A stretch of DNA of 64,000 nt from the NCBI GenBank assembly GCA_951406725.2, contig OX597831.1, positions 34,968,001 to 35,032,000 on the forward strand, written 5' to 3'. Made by a program: the position numbers and the translations under genes. This stretch comes from Octopus vulgaris. Taxonomy: Eukaryota. A model generated the notes under the pieces. The model was not told the origin of the DNA, searched no databases, and was given only the letters and a program-made list of their open reading frames with translations. This document shows, in pieces, positions 1 to 14,354 of this stretch. Each line of letters begins with the position of its first letter. The first letter of the stretch is position 1.

Positions 1-1845
1 TGCAACGAAATAAGCATTTCATTTGTGCATCATATATGTATGACAGACATGAGTACTTGTTGCAAAGATAAGTTCCATAGAGAAAGCTGAGGTGGTTTGC
101 GATATTAGTAGCTGTTGAAGTTAGCAAAGATTTGCTTTCTTGATTTCTTAACTCTTTAACTTTTTTTTGTTTTTGTTTTTAAAATTATTATGCACTTCCT
201 GCAAAACTGTGTTGGCTTTCTGCTTAGTAACATACCTCACTCTCATACATACCTGTCTTTATTCTACTGTGATAATTATTTTTAACCTACTGCTACGGCA
301 GCATATATATATTAGTGTGTGTGTGTGATCATCGCTTCTTCCATACTTGCATGGCTTAAATGATATGTATGTATTTATGTGTGCGTATGTATGGTATGTA
401 CATATACCTGTTTATGTACATGTGTGTTCTGTATGTGCATGAATGCATGTGTGTGTGTGTGTGTGTGTTCTGTATTTATGGGTTGTATGTATATGTATGT
501 ATTTATGTTATGTGTGTGTGTATGTATGGTATGTATGTGTTTTAATTATAATCTTTTCTCAGATAACATTTTCCTCTGCCCTGCATTACTGCTTCTGAAT
601 ATAACGGGTCTCTAAGAAAACCCATTGTTTTTTGTATTTGTGTGTGTTGTGTGTGTGTGTGTGTGCATGCGTGCGAACACGTATGGACGTGTATCCATTA
701 GTCTGTGTGCCCTTCGGCTTATCCACATATATGTCTGTGTGTTTGTCTCACTGTCTATTTGCATTCATGGGTGTGTCTACGTGTGTATATTTATACACTT
801 GGAGGGGGACATTGTTGATGTGTGTGTGTGTTTGTTTGTTTGTTTTCGTGTACTCTCCTGCTTTCTCACCTTTCTTCTATTTCTCCCATTACCGATCTCT
901 TTAATAACTTTCTTCCAGCTTTCTGTTTTTATCTTAAGTTTCTGTTTTTCTAGCAGGGGCGGGTGTCATACTATCTCACTCTCTATCTCTTTAAATGCTT
1001 CTTTAAACCTTTAACATTTAAACCGCCCTCATCCTTCCCAAATATTCTACATGTTTTAAGTTCAGACCAACCAGATCCAGCCTCTCACACCTACCCTACA
1101 ATGTCATTCTGAATATAATCAATGACATCATCAGAATCGCAAAGCTACAAGATAACTCCTGATTACTGTATTTTAACGTGTATAAGAAACCCTCTTTTGT
1201 CAAGAATTAGGTTAAAAAAATATGGGAGTTTCTTATAGAGGGATCATATTATAATCCCTTACAAAACCTTTCTTCCAAATTTTAAGCCCCCCCCCCCCCC
1301 CAAATTAGGGGGTTCCTTATACACTGTAATTCAAAATAATGTGAATAAATAAGCAGAGTAATATGAATGCTAAAAGGTTAAAAAGTTACATCAAACACAC
1401 ACACACACGCTTAAAGATAGTAGCTACGTATCTCCTCCACTGCAAGAAACCAGACCCCTTCTTTCATACTTTAACTGCTCATCCCCTAGTATAAATCTGT
1501 CTCTTTCTCAGTTGAAAGAGATGTTAGTCTTGCAACCTGGCTCCACGGCAACTCCATTAATGCTGATTCCATGAAAAAAGAAAAGAAAAAAAAGCACTAA
1601 GTGGTTGGCGTTAGGAAAGGCCTTCACCTGTTGAAACCATGCCAAAGCAGAGATTGGTGCGTAATGCACTACTCTGACTCATTTCAAACTATCAAACTAT
1701 CCAACCTGTGCCAACATGGAACATGGTCATTAAAGCATGGTGATGATTATCCTTAGGTGCATATAGGTGCAAGCATGGCTATGTGGTAAGAAGTTTGCTT
1801 TCCAACCACATAGTCCCAGGTTCAATAATTATGCACCAATCTATA

Positions 1846-1877
<32 letters not shown>

Positions 1878-1884
1878 ATACTTG

Positions 1885-2752
1885 ACAGAGTGTAAGTACC
1901 TTGAGAGAAAAGTTGGACCTAAGAAGCATCAGATGTGGTGTGCAAGAGAGACGATTGCACTGGTATGGTCATGTGGTAAGAATAGATGAAAATAGCTGTG
2001 TTAAAAATTGCCACACCCTAGCAGTTGAGGGAACCTGTGGAAGAGGTAGACCCAGGAAGACCTGGGATGAGGTGGTGAAGCACGACCTTCGAACATTAGG
2101 TCTCACCAAGGCAATGACTAGTGACCGAGACCTTTGGAAATATGCTGTGCTTGAGAAGACCTGGTAAGCCAAGTGAGACTATATGCCAGGGGTGTAACCA
2201 GCCCACTTATGTGTACTTTTCCTTCATTGGACACTAAACTCTGCTTGCGAAGACTTGTTGAGGCAAGTGAAATCGAAATTGATATCAAATTCAATGACTG
2301 GTATCCGTACTAGTGGAGTGCTAAGAGCACCATCCAAGTGTGATTGTTGCCAGAGCAGCTGACTGGCTTCTGTGCCGGTGGCACGTAAAAAGCACTGTTC
2401 GAGCATGATCGTTACCAGCATCGCCTTACTGGCACTTATACTGGTGGCACGTGAAGAACAACATTCGAGTGAGGTCATTGCCAGTGCCACTGGACTGGTT
2501 CCTGTGCAGGTGGCATGTGAAAAACACCATTTTAACATGGCCATTGCCAGTACCGCCTGACTGGCCCTCATGCCGGTGGTATGTAAAAGCACCCACTACA
2601 CTTTTGGAGTGGTTGGCATTAGGAAGGGCATCCAGCTGTAGAAACTCTGCCAGATCAGATTGGAGCCTGGTGCAACCATCTGGTTCGCCAGTCCTCAGTC
2701 AAATCATCCAACCCATGCTAGCATGAAAAGCAGATGTTAAACGATGATGATG
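1885..2752 (+). mobile_element. 3' fragment of RTE-clade LINE (ORF C-terminus, 3' UTR, (GAT)n tail)
   Basis: ORF 1901-2167 is near-identical to the C-terminus of the RTE copy at 19700-19989; ends in the shared 3' tail. Confidence 0.9.
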
Positions 2753-3029
2753 TAGTTGCTTTTAATTATTCTGCAAATGGCTCAAAAGATTTGTAGTATT
2801 TTTTTTTAATTAAATTCACACAGTGTTTCCTTTATCAATTTAAAAACAAAATCTTTCCAAAGCAAGAAATAGTGTTTCTTACTATGTGAACTATATAATT
2901 GCGAGATAAGTTTCCTAACTTCTGAATACATCATGATAAGGAGGCGGAATGAAATTGGTATAAAGATAAATGTAGTTGCTTTCTTTTCTTTTCTTGTTTT
3001 CTTTTTTTTATTTGAAGCAAACTCTTTAA

Positions 3030-3251
3030 CCCTTTCGTTACTATATTTATTTTGAAATGCTCTGTGTTCCTTTCAATTATTTTAAATATAACAAAGAGTT
3101 TAGTAAAATAACTTAGTTTACCATTAAACAAGTGTTAGGAACATAAATTGCGACTAAGGTTTGGTGGTATATTTTAATGCAAAACTTATGGAAACAAGAT
3201 ATTTGTACTACAGAGCCAGAGCCGGCTTTGGCCGGGTTGGTAACGAAAGGG
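3030..3251. mobile_element. piggyBac-type MITE
   Basis: TTAA|CCCTTTCGTTAC ... GTAACGAAAGGG|TTAA: perfect 12-bp TIR and TTAA TSD; related copies at 11669-11838, 36668-36882, 36914-37155. Confidence 0.85.
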
Positions 3252-4034
3252 TTAATTGTTGGGGAAACGATACAAGTTGTTTGAAGAAGACATTTGTTCT
3301 ATCATAATATAACCAAATTTATTTGAGGGTTAACCAAAGGTCTTGCTTTCTTCCACTATTTACCTTGTTATTGCTTCCATTTATTAAACACTTTACTGTT
3401 AATTTACTTAATATTTTCTCCAGCAGCTGGTGTCTCTAAATTATTCAATGTCAAACCAATTTCTTCTTCTGCCATCAACAAATGTGCATTATCACACATT
3501 TATCTAGTGAATCATTCGTCACTGATTTAGCATGTGCAGTGTTATCTAGGATTTTCCTGAGGAGGTTGGAACAAGGCTGATAAATGGTCAGGGTTGTCAC
3601 CCATACTTGCCAGGAAAAGGAGAAATAATATTAATCATTGGCAAATAAGATTTGTTTTCCTTCACAACACATTTTTTTTCTTGATGCTCCACTTACTAAA
3701 TATTTCAATTATCTCTCTACTTATCGGTTTCTATCTCCCTCTGATTGTGCCTGTCTGTTTATCTTACTGCAGGGACTGTATTGTTGTCCAGTGTCTGCTT
3801 TAGCATAGTTCTTATGACTAGATACCTTTCCTAATGCCATCCACTTTACAGCATATGCTGGGTGCTTTTTATGTGCCACTAACACCAGTGAGGTCACAAT
3901 GCAGTTTGTAAGACCACAAACGCCAAGTGTGGGGCAGCTTTATACTAGATGGTAGGTATAAACATATGAGAGAAACAGTTAGAGTAGAACAGGTTTCTGG
4001 CTTCTTGTCTTATACTTTATTTATATACTCTTTA

Positions 4035-4427
4035 CTTTTACTCTTTTACTTGTTTCAGTCATTTGACTGCAGCCATGCTGGAGCTCCGCCTTTAGTCGAG
4101 CAAATTGACCCCAGGACTTCTTCTTTGTAAGCCTAGTACTTATTCTATCGGTCTCTTTTGCTGAACCGCTAAGTTACGGGGACACAAATACAGCAGCATC
4201 GGTTGTCAAGCGATGTTGGGGGGACAAACACAGACACACATATATATACACATATACATATATACGAAGAGCTTCTTTCAGTTTCCGTCTACCAAATCCA
4301 CTCACAAGGCTTTGGTTGGCCCGAGGCTATAATAGAAGACACTTGCCCATGGTGCCACGCAGTGGGACTGAACCCGGAACCATGTAGTTGGTAAGCAAGC
4401 TACTTGCCACGCAGCCACTCCTGCGCC
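4035..4427 (-). mobile_element. tRNA-headed SINE family A (about 390 bp, internal TA/TG microsatellite)
   Basis: reverse complement of the 30086-30480 copy. Confidence 0.85.
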
Positions 4428-5504
4428 TAAATATAAACATATATATGTATATTTATTTATTTAATTGTCAGGAGTTACCGAGTGACTTAAGGGCTAAGAG
4501 TTTCACGCATTTGTATTTTACCAAAGCACAGAACTCTTGGCCCTTGTCATTTTGTAACTTCTGCAAATTGAGAAAAGTACTCAAGTCAGCACCATGTTAA
4601 GAGTACCCAGCACACTGTAAAGTGGTTAGCACTAAGAAGGGCATTGAGCCGTAGAAACTTGGCCAAATCAGACTGGAACCTGGTGCAGCTTTCCTGCTTG
4701 CCAGCTGTGATCAAACCTTCCAACCCATACTAGCATGGAAAACAGAGGAAGAAGACAATATGATGTTGTTGTTGTACTCATGTTTTGAGCTCTATTTTCC
4801 TGGTTGCATTTCCAAACCCATACATACACACACACAATACTTTTACAAGAAGTGGGTTCACAGTGACTTCGAAATGTTTGGCCTGCTAACCTTCATCAAA
4901 CTGAAAGCTAATAGACTGAAACTTTGAAGTGACTGTCACTCCTCTAAGTGTAAAAGTATAATAACTACATACTCTACAAAAATTATTGAATAATTCTTTA
5001 ATGTTAAATAAATTTTATTGTAACTCAGCAAAAGAATAAATATTTATATGTATGTATCATCATCAACGTCATTTAACATCTGTTTTCCATGCTGACATGG
5101 GTTGGACGGTTTGACAGAAGCTGAACAGCTGAAGGACTGTTCAGGCTCCATATCAGTTTTGGCATGGTTTCTATGGCTGGATGTCCTTCTCAATATCAAC
5201 CACTTTACAGAGTGTACAAGGTGCTTTTATGCAATACTGGTACGGGTGCTTTTTATGAGGCACCAGCATTTATGAGTCCGCAAGATTAGGAATGCTCAGG
5301 GGGAGGGGTGCAGGGAATGAGCCTGTATGCAAAGGCAACCATGCTTTTACTTAGCGTGACATGGAGTCTCGGTCCCCTGTCATCCTCTCTACATTTGTAG
5401 ATCCTTTCTCACCACTTCGTCCCACATCTTCCTGGGTCTACCCCTTCCACATGTTCCCTCTGCAATTAGAGATCGGCACCTCTTGATGCAATATATATAT
5501 ACAA

Positions 5505-6990
5505 ATAGTAATTACAATAATAATCCTTGGATGGAGTTTATCAATATCTTAATGCATTGCTACACACATTTCCACGAATCACATGTTTCTTAAGATCATA
5601 GACCATATTCCTGGGATGATTATCCATGGACCTCAGGTAGATCATATTCATGCATTCATTTCTTCAGGTGAAATGGCATTAATGGATGTTGAATTGAGGG
5701 TCGTTTACCAATTTTGACCAATGGAAAGGTTGATTGGAGTATGTGGGCATTTCTGAGTATATTTGGTGGGTAGGGCTGGAAGATGATTGAAAGAAAGGAA
5801 GAAATGGTAGTTATAAAGAGGTGGAGGTATGTGTGTGTGGTGATGTTGGACTTACTGTATTTGATGGCCTATAAGATGCACCTTTTTTTTTTACCCAAAA
5901 TGGCTTTTAAAATCCTCCTGCATCCATTGCATTCAATGTAGGTTCGAAACTCGCTCAAAACCATATGCATGTTTACAAAACATGTGCTGCCATTTTTGGG
6001 AGAATAGTTGCCTACGGTATGTTTATATCAAATGTAGATGCAATAAATTGATTATAATTATTGGTAATAACATAGTTATACAGATAAGTGGAGGAATTAA
6101 AATATTATTTTAGTGGTAATTTATGTTAAAAAAGCATAGCGGAGTCTAGGGTGTGTCCTATGCACTCATGCATCTTATAGGCCATCAAATATGGTATTTT
6201 GCTATTTGAGAGTGCAGATGTCCTGATGGGTAGTATGGTTCTTTTGTTTGATCTTACTCATAGCTGGCCCCTCCTCATTGAATTCAGAAGTAGTCAGGTC
6301 AGCAAGTACAGCCACTACAACCATGTAGTTTTGGGGTTCATTGCCTGAGTTGACAAATTATATTTTTTTGAAATGACCTTTTAATTACTTTTGGTGGTAT
6401 AATGGTATAGCATAGGAAAATATGAAAATGCTGACTGCCTTTAGCATATAACAGAACAAGGGAAGAACACAAACAACTAAACGAAATAACCACTATTTTC
6501 ATATGCTATACCATTATACCACCATAAGTAATTAAAAAATCATTTTAAGAAAGTATCGTTTATCAACGATCGTTTGACCTGACTTCTTTGTATTCATTGA
6601 GGAGGGGCTTGCAGTGAATAAGATCAAACCAAAGAACTAAACCACCCATCCTGACATCAGGATACTCAAATAGCAAAATGAATCCAATACCACCACACAC
6701 ACCTCCACCTCCTTGTAACTACCACTCCTTCCTTTCTTCCCACCTCACATATCCCAATCAACCTTTTCATTGGTCAAAATTGGTAAACAACCCTCAGTTA
6801 AACATGCATTGATGCAATTTCGCCCTGAAGAAATGAATGCATGAACATGACCTATCCGATGTCCATGGATACTACACAGACTGTACTGTAATCATCCCAG
6901 GAATATGGACTATGATCCTGAGAAACATGTGTAGCAATGTATTGAAATATTTAAAAATTCCATCCAAGAATTATTATTATTATTGCTATA
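5505..6990. mobile_element. large foldback (long inverted-repeat) element
   Basis: 5505-5852 plus 6197-6425 is the imperfect reverse complement of 6490-6990. Confidence 0.8.
5855..6194. mobile_element. pogo/Tigger-type MITE nested in the foldback element
   Basis: TA|CTGTATTTGATGGCCTATAAGATGCA ... TGCATCTTATAGGCCATCAAATATGG|TA; the opposite foldback arm lacks the insert. Confidence 0.85.
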
Positions 6991-7391
6991 TTTATCCTAC
7001 ATTATATTGGCACAGCTGACTGGCTCCTGTGCTGGTGGCATGCGATAAGTACCATGCATGCGTGGGTCATTGCCAGTGCCACCTGACTGGCTTCTGGTGG
7101 CACGTAAAAAGCACCCTGGAGTGGTTGGCATTAGGAAGGGCATCCAGCTGTAGAAACACTGCCAGATCAGATTGGAGCCTGGTGCAGCCTTCTGGCTTGC
7201 CAGCCCCCAGTCAAACCGTCCAACCCATGCCAGCATGGACAACGGATATTAAACGATACTGATGATGATGATGATGTCAGTGCAGTTCCCAAAAACTGGT
7301 ATTGCCAGTTGGCATCATTAGGCTGTAACGGGAATAATAAAATAGCAACTTTTATCTACATTTTGAAAGTGTTTTCCTTTAACTAACTTAA

Positions 7392-7437
<46 letters not shown>

Positions 7438-7646
7438 GAAAATGTAAAAACAAAGAAAATAAAGGGGGCGGGGAGAAAGAAAAATCACAGCAATAGTGCT
7501 CTTCTCAGTACGAGTGACATACCTGTTAAGACAATCTTTTGAACTTCTTGCATGGATGGTAAACCAGGGATCATTTTAAAATAATTTTCAGTTCCTTTTT
7601 TGATCATTATTATTATTATTATTATTAATATCATCTTGCATTGTAG

Positions 7647-7794
7647 ATTTGGGAAGTGTACAATCAACGTCGGTGTGTGAGGACATACTTGGGACATAAA
7701 CAAGCAGTCAGGGACATTTGCTTCAATAACGATGGTACCAGTTTCCTCAGCTGTGCCTATGACAGATATTGTAAACTCTGGGATACTGAAACGG
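7647..7794 (+). CDS. CDC40: CDC40/PRP17 pre-mRNA processing factor 17, internal exon (first visible; upstream exons lie outside the window)
   Basis: ttgtAG|ATT...ACG G|GTaag; translates [50 protein letters not shown], matching the CDC40 WD40 region; phase 0 to 1. Confidence 0.95.
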
Positions 7795-10700
7795 GTAAGA
7801 CCTTTTTTTCATTGTTTGTCACATTCTAAATACACCACTTGACACACCTTTTAACCTTTTTTGCTTATTGTTTAGCCCCAGTTCAGCCTTAGTCAAAACA
7901 TACCTGTAATCAAAGGTATTCCTTTGATGAAAACTTGAGCAAGTGTCTGTTATTGCTTTGGTCTAACCAAAGCCTTGTGAATAGAATTGATCAGTAGAAA
8001 CTAAAAGAAGTTCATCTTGTATGTGTGTTATGTATGCATGTGTGGTTGTGTCTTCTTGTGAAGGCCTAACCCATCATAAAGCAAATAGCACCATAAGTGA
8101 TATCCAGACTACAGTGGAGAAGGCAAGGCACTGGATTTGATTACAAAGAGACAATGAGCAATGGCGAGAATATTGAGTGAAACCTAATAACCAATTGATT
8201 TAGCAAACCGGGCTTCATCTCTGTGAGGTGGGGCCAGTGTGCAGCAATGTTGTTGAGATGAAGGCCCCAAAACAGCACACATTCTTTCCTGATGACTCCA
8301 TAAGCTTGCTAGCATTTTGTATGTGGGGCTTTGAGCTAACAGCACTTGCATCTGTAAGTTGTTTGCAAAAAATCAAGTAGTGTCATTTATTTCCAATATT
8401 CGGCAAAAACATGTCTGGCCTTAGAAAAATTGCATCAATAAACTCTGTCTGACCCATGCAAGCATGGAAAAGCAGACATTAAAATGATGATAATGAGAAT
8501 TATGTATGTCTGTTTGGGTGAATTTTTGTTTTCCTTCATCATCTGGTGTGTTCACTGGTTGTAAACAGTGTCTTAGAATTCCATCCTAGATGTCTTGGCT
8601 GTTGCTGGTGTCATGTAAATGACACCCGTGAAATTATAATCATGGCCATTGCAGGTAGCATGATCTTCAAATGTTGGGTCTTGCAGAAACAATGATTAGT
8701 GACCGAAACCTTTGGCGATATGCTGTGCTTGAGAAGAAGACACATCAAGCCAAGTGAGATCATAATCGTGGCCATTGCTGATGGCCTGATCTTCAAATGT
8801 TGGGCCTCATGGAGGTGAAGAACGAGGTGGTGATGCATGATCTTTGAATGCTGGGCCTCACAAAGGCAACGACAATTGACCGAGACCTTTGGCAATATGC
8901 TGTGCTTGAGAAGACTTGTTAAGCCAAGCATAACTGTAGTCATGGCCATCACCGGAGTCATGTAAATAGCACCTGTTCCAGTGGCACGTAAAAGGCACCC
9001 ATTACACTCTTGGAGTGGTTGGCATTAGGAAGGACATCTAGCTGTAGAAACACTGCCAAATCAGACTGGAACCTAGTGTGGCTCTCCAATGCAGTTCCAG
9101 TCAAACTGTCTAATCCATGCCAGCATGAAAAGTGGACGTTAAATGATGATGATTTAGGACTTGTAATTAAAACTCACATTTATTGCTCGTTTGTGGTGGT
9201 GACGGTGCCCTTACAGAGATGATTGCTGTACTGTTCAGGTGTAGCACTGAAAATGTGCATTTTACTGTTAGAAGCAAGTGTGGATTCTAAAGAAACTCTA
9301 CATACATGCATGCATATATACACATTTCATCTCCTATTTCTCTCTTTCTCATATATTTCCTTTGCTTGTTTGGGGCAATGGACTAGACTACAGCTATGCT
9401 GGAGCAGCGCCTTGCAGGGTTTAGTTGAACAAATTGATTCCGTCACTTGATTTTTAAGTCTGGTGTTTTTCTATCAGTTCCTTTTTGCTGAACCACTACA
9501 TTAAAGAGACATAAGCAACCCAACACCAGATGTCAAGCAGTTGATGAGAGACAAACACCAAAATTCTCATAACACACACACACACATACATAATGGTCTT
9601 CCACAGAGTTTCCATTTACCAAATTTACTCACAAGGCATTGATCAGCCTAGGGCTATAGTAGAAAACACTTGCTCAAGGTGCTACTCAGTGGGACTGAAC
9701 CCAAAACCATATGTACACTCACTTTCCCATTTCTCTCTTTTGTGCACACACACACACACTCATAATGTCTAGGTTTGAACCTGTTACCCTTGCTTTGTAC
9801 TCAGATCCTCTGCCTCCTCCTTCCTATGCGAACTGTGCTAAACGGAGAAGATTGTTTCATGCTGATCTTCTGTGTTGACAGAAAATATTTTACCAGTACA
9901 TGTATTTATATATCACTCCTCGACAACAATCACTCCTCATCAACCATCACCTACCTCAACAGCAACAACATCAACCACCTTAACTGCAACAACAACAACA
10001 TCAAAAAAACAACAACTGCCTCCTAACTCTTCATTATCTGGGTTATTCTGACATTTCTGCTCAAAACACAACACATTTTTGATGTTTGTGTATGTGATAG
10101 AGAGGGAAGGATAGAGAGAGAGAGAGAGAGAAGGAGAGAGAGGGAGACAGAGAGATTGAGATGGGTAGGTATATATGTATAAAGGTATATGTGGGATTAT
10201 GTTTTTTTTTAATTATATTTTGCTGTTGTTTTTTGGTTGATTTTTGTACATTTTTGTTTTACAATCTTGACGACATTCTTTAGCCTTTCATCTTTTAGTG
10301 TTATTGTATATTATTACGTGTGTGTGTGTGTGTGTGTGTATATGCTTGTGCGTTGGTGTGTGTATGTAAATATGTACACCCATCTATGTGTGAACTGCAC
10401 AAAACCTACTCACTTTACTCTCACAAACTGAATCCACCTTCATTTGTTATTCTCATCAAAATACCAAACTCTCATTGCTTTGCTGTCTTTGAGCAAATCA
10501 GTTGGTCTGAAGTAAATTAAGGAATCACTTAGCAACACTTACCAAATTCTTACATGTATCTCTTGTTTGTTTAGCATATCATCTTGCTTCTACGAGCTAC
10601 AGCTTCAACCTGAGCCAATCACAAACACCTCTAGGTGGTTGATCAGGTGGGAGAAATAGCAGCCAAACCTCCTTTAAATTACAGCCTATTGTCTTGGCGA

Positions 10701-11578
10701 AATAAAGGACATGTTGGATAATGTAATTGTAGGATATTGCCTTGCTTTGGGTCCTCGGTTCCTTGTTAGAGTTCTAGGGTGGTGAAATGGTAGAATGCAT
10801 CACTTTAGTTGTTCCTGCTCTGAGTTCAAATTGCACAGAAGTCGACATTGCCTTTCATCTTTTCGAGGTGGACGGTCAGTAAGTAAGGCCCCAGATATCT
10901 CCCCTGCCCCACCCTCTCTCTCTGAATAGGTTACAGTGTGCCATGAGAAGGGTCATGGAAGACCACATGTAACCACCCTCTTTCAGAAATGGAGGAAGTT
11001 TTACTTTTTTTTTTTTTACATGCTGGGTCTGGAGGAAAGGGCAGTGCCCTTTGTCTCAGCAAGGCCTTCTGGGCTAGTGGAATAAAACTGAAGATATTAT
11101 TGTTCTTTCCGAACCTTATTAAGTCAACATTTATACAAGAAAGATATCAACAGAGAGGGAATTTCATTGACCAACATTCTTGGAAGGAAGGAAGGAAGGA
11201 AGGATTGGGCATGGTGAGGGTTGGATGGGAAGAGATGAGTAAGAAAGGAGTGTCTGGAGTAGAGGTGTCACAAGCCCAGCCTGCTTTGAGGAGCTGAGGC
11301 CATTATTATTGAAAGACAGTGCACAGGTGAAGCTAGGGTGCATCTGTAAGTGACTTGATGCCAGTCAGTTGGGATGGGTTTTTGTCCCCCAACACTGCTT
11401 GACAACCGGTGTGACTTTGCAGTTCAGCAAAAGAGTACCAGGCTTTAAAAAAAAGAATAGGTACCGGGATTGATTCATTCGACTAAGATTTCTTACAGGC
11501 AGTGCCCCAGCATGGCCACAGTCTAATCACTGAAACAAGTAAAAGGTAAAAGGATATATATGTGAATGTGTGTGTATG

Positions 11579-11618
<40 letters not shown>

Positions 11619-12325
11619 AAATAATAAAGGTGAAAAATTGAATATTAATTTAATTAATATCAATTTAACCCTTTCGTTACAAATGTCTTATTTTCATAAG
11701 TTTTGAATAAAAATCTTCCACCAAACCTTAGTCACAATTTATGTTCCTAATACTAGCTTAATGATAACTAAGTTATTTTACTAAATTCTTTGTTATATTT
11801 AATATTAATTGAAAGAAACACAGAGCATCTCAAAAGGGTTAAAACCAGTGGTCTAGCATATAGAAAAATCAGAATATTCAGAAAAATTATATTACATACA
11901 TATAAGAGGGATGACCACTGTCCACTTAGTGGTCATCACTCTTATATGTATGTAATATATATATATATGTAAAGAGAAATCAAGGTCAGCAGGTATGGAG
12001 GCAATTATGCAGATAAGCAAATTAAATGTAACAGCTTGGGTTTGATATACAAAATGTATATGTTTGTTTACATGCAAGCAGAGAGAAAGCAAAGACTGAA
12101 AATGTTTAGACTCATTTATACTTTTACAATATTTAAGTATAAATATATCGATATCCATGTATTAATAGATCAAGCTTAAACAGTGTGTATATATGTGTGT
12201 ATATGTGTGTAAACATGCCTACAGAAAGGAAGCAAAAACTGAAGACTTTTAGACAATGAATATTTAAGTATACATATATAGATATCCATATATTAATAGA
12301 TCAAACTTAAACAACGTGTGTGTTG

Positions 12326-12860
12326 TTTATCGTTTAACATCTGCTTTCCATGCTAGCATGGGTTGGATGATTTGACTGAGGACTGGCGAACCAGATGGTT
12401 GCACCAGGCTCCAATCTGATCTGGCAGAGTTTCTACAGCTGGATGCCCTTCCTAATGCCAACCACTCCAAAAGTGTAGTGGGTGCTTTTACATACCACTG
12501 GCATGAGGGCCAGTCAGGCGGTACTGGCAATGGCCATGTTAAAATGGTGTTTTTCACATGCCACCTGCACAGGAACCAGTCCAACGGCACTGGCAATGAC
12601 CTCACTCGAATGTTGTTGTTCACGTGCCACCAGTACAAGTGCCAGTAAGGCGATGCTGGTAACGATCATGCTCGAACGGTGCTTTTTACGTGCCACCGAC
12701 ACAGAAGCCAGTCAGCTGCTCTGGCAACAATCACACACAGATGGTGCTCTTAGCACTCCACTAGCAGGGATGCCAGTCATTGAATTTGATTTCAATTTCG
12801 ATTTCACTTGCCTCAACAGGTCTTCGCAAGCAGAGTTCAATGAAGGAAAGGTATGCATAA
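12326..12860 (-). mobile_element. RTE 3' UTR fragment, inverted near-identical copy of 2215-2750
   Basis: antisense pseudo-ORFs 2224..2592(-) and 12482..(+) translate almost identically. Confidence 0.88.
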
Positions 12861-14238
12861 ATCTGATCTGGCAAGGTTTCTACAGCTGGAGGCTCTTCCT
12901 AACTCCCACCACCCCAAGAGTGTCATGGGTGCTTCTATGTGCCACCAGCATAGGAGCTAGTCAGGCAGCACTGGCATCAAGCATGCTCGAATGGTGCTTT
13001 TTATGTGCCACCAGCGCGTGAGACAGTCAGGCAGCACATAAATATATATATATGTATATATATGGAAATATTTTATTCTCAAACACATAATAATGCTGAA
13101 TAGCATAAGATAGAACATCCTTATAATGCAGAAAAATTTGTTTGCGGCCAGCCTGCAATATAAAGATATTCTATCTTATTTATGCTATTCAGCATTATCA
13201 TTATGTGTTTAAGAATAAAATAATTCCATATCTGTATATTTCAATACGTTAAAGCAAACTTTGTTTACATACATTATAATATATATATCATCATCATGAT
13301 ATATATGTATATTTATATCATCATCATCGTTTAATGTCCGTTTTCCATGCTGGCATAGGTTGGACAGTTTGACTGAGGTCTGGAAAGCCAGCAGCTGTAC
13401 CAGGCTCCAATCTTATGTGGCAATGTTTCTACAGCTGGATGCCTTTCCTATTGTCAACCACTCCAAGAGTATAGTGGATGCTTTTTACTTGCCACTAGCA
13501 CAGGAGCCAGTAAGGGGGCACTGACATCGACCATGTTTAGATGGTGCTTTTTACATGCTATTGGCATGGGAGCCAGCCAGGTGGACCTGGCACCAACCAC
13601 ATTCGGATGGTGCTTTTTACATGCCACTAACACAGGAGCCAGTCAGGGGGCACTGGCATCGACCATGTTTGAATGATGCATTGTACATGTCACCAGCATG
13701 GGAGCCAGTCATGGGTCGCTGGCCACAGCTACAATTTTGGTTTTACTTAACTCAACAAGTCTTCTCAAGCATATCATTTCACCCAGCATATCAAGAATAC
13801 TTTTAAATGGATCAGACATGCAACACTGGCATCGGCCATGGCTGTGATCTCACTTTAGTTACCGGGTCTTCTCAATCACAGCATATCTCCAAAGGTCCCG
13901 GTCTCCTGTCATTGCCTCTGTTTGAAAGTCTAGGGTTGATTTCTTTGACTAAACCCTTCAAACCCTGCATGTTTATAGTCCCTTGACGAAAACAAACAAA
14001 CAAAGATGAAAATAAACTAAAAGGCATGCAGGTCATGTCTGATATAACTTGCCATTCATCATAATTCCTCTGTCCAGTCAGGTCTGTCTCGGGGCTAAGC
14101 AACAATAAAAACAACAAATATTGACAATAACTTGACTATTACTGCTGCTGCTGTCTTTGTTATTTTTATAAACTTTTTTTTTTCTGAATTTTTTGCCCTT
14201 TTATTTATTTCATTATTTATTTATTTACTGTTTTGTAG

Positions 14239-14354
14239 GTCAATGTATTTCTCCCTTTTCAAGTCGTAAAGTACCTTATTGCGTGAAATTCAATCCTGAT
14301 GAAGATAAACAGAATTTATTTGTAGCAGGAACTTCAGACAAGAAAATTGTTTGT
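14239..14354 (+). CDS. CDC40: CDC40 exon
   Basis: tgtAG|GT...TGT|GTaagt; (G)[38 protein letters not shown]; phase 1 to 0. Confidence 0.95.

Noticed and set aside
14253-14255. CDC40 Pro (CCC) where the human protein, as I recall it, has Arg, as a possible recoding site
   Set aside because: A-to-I editing cannot convert CCC to an Arg codon; an ordinary substitution or base error
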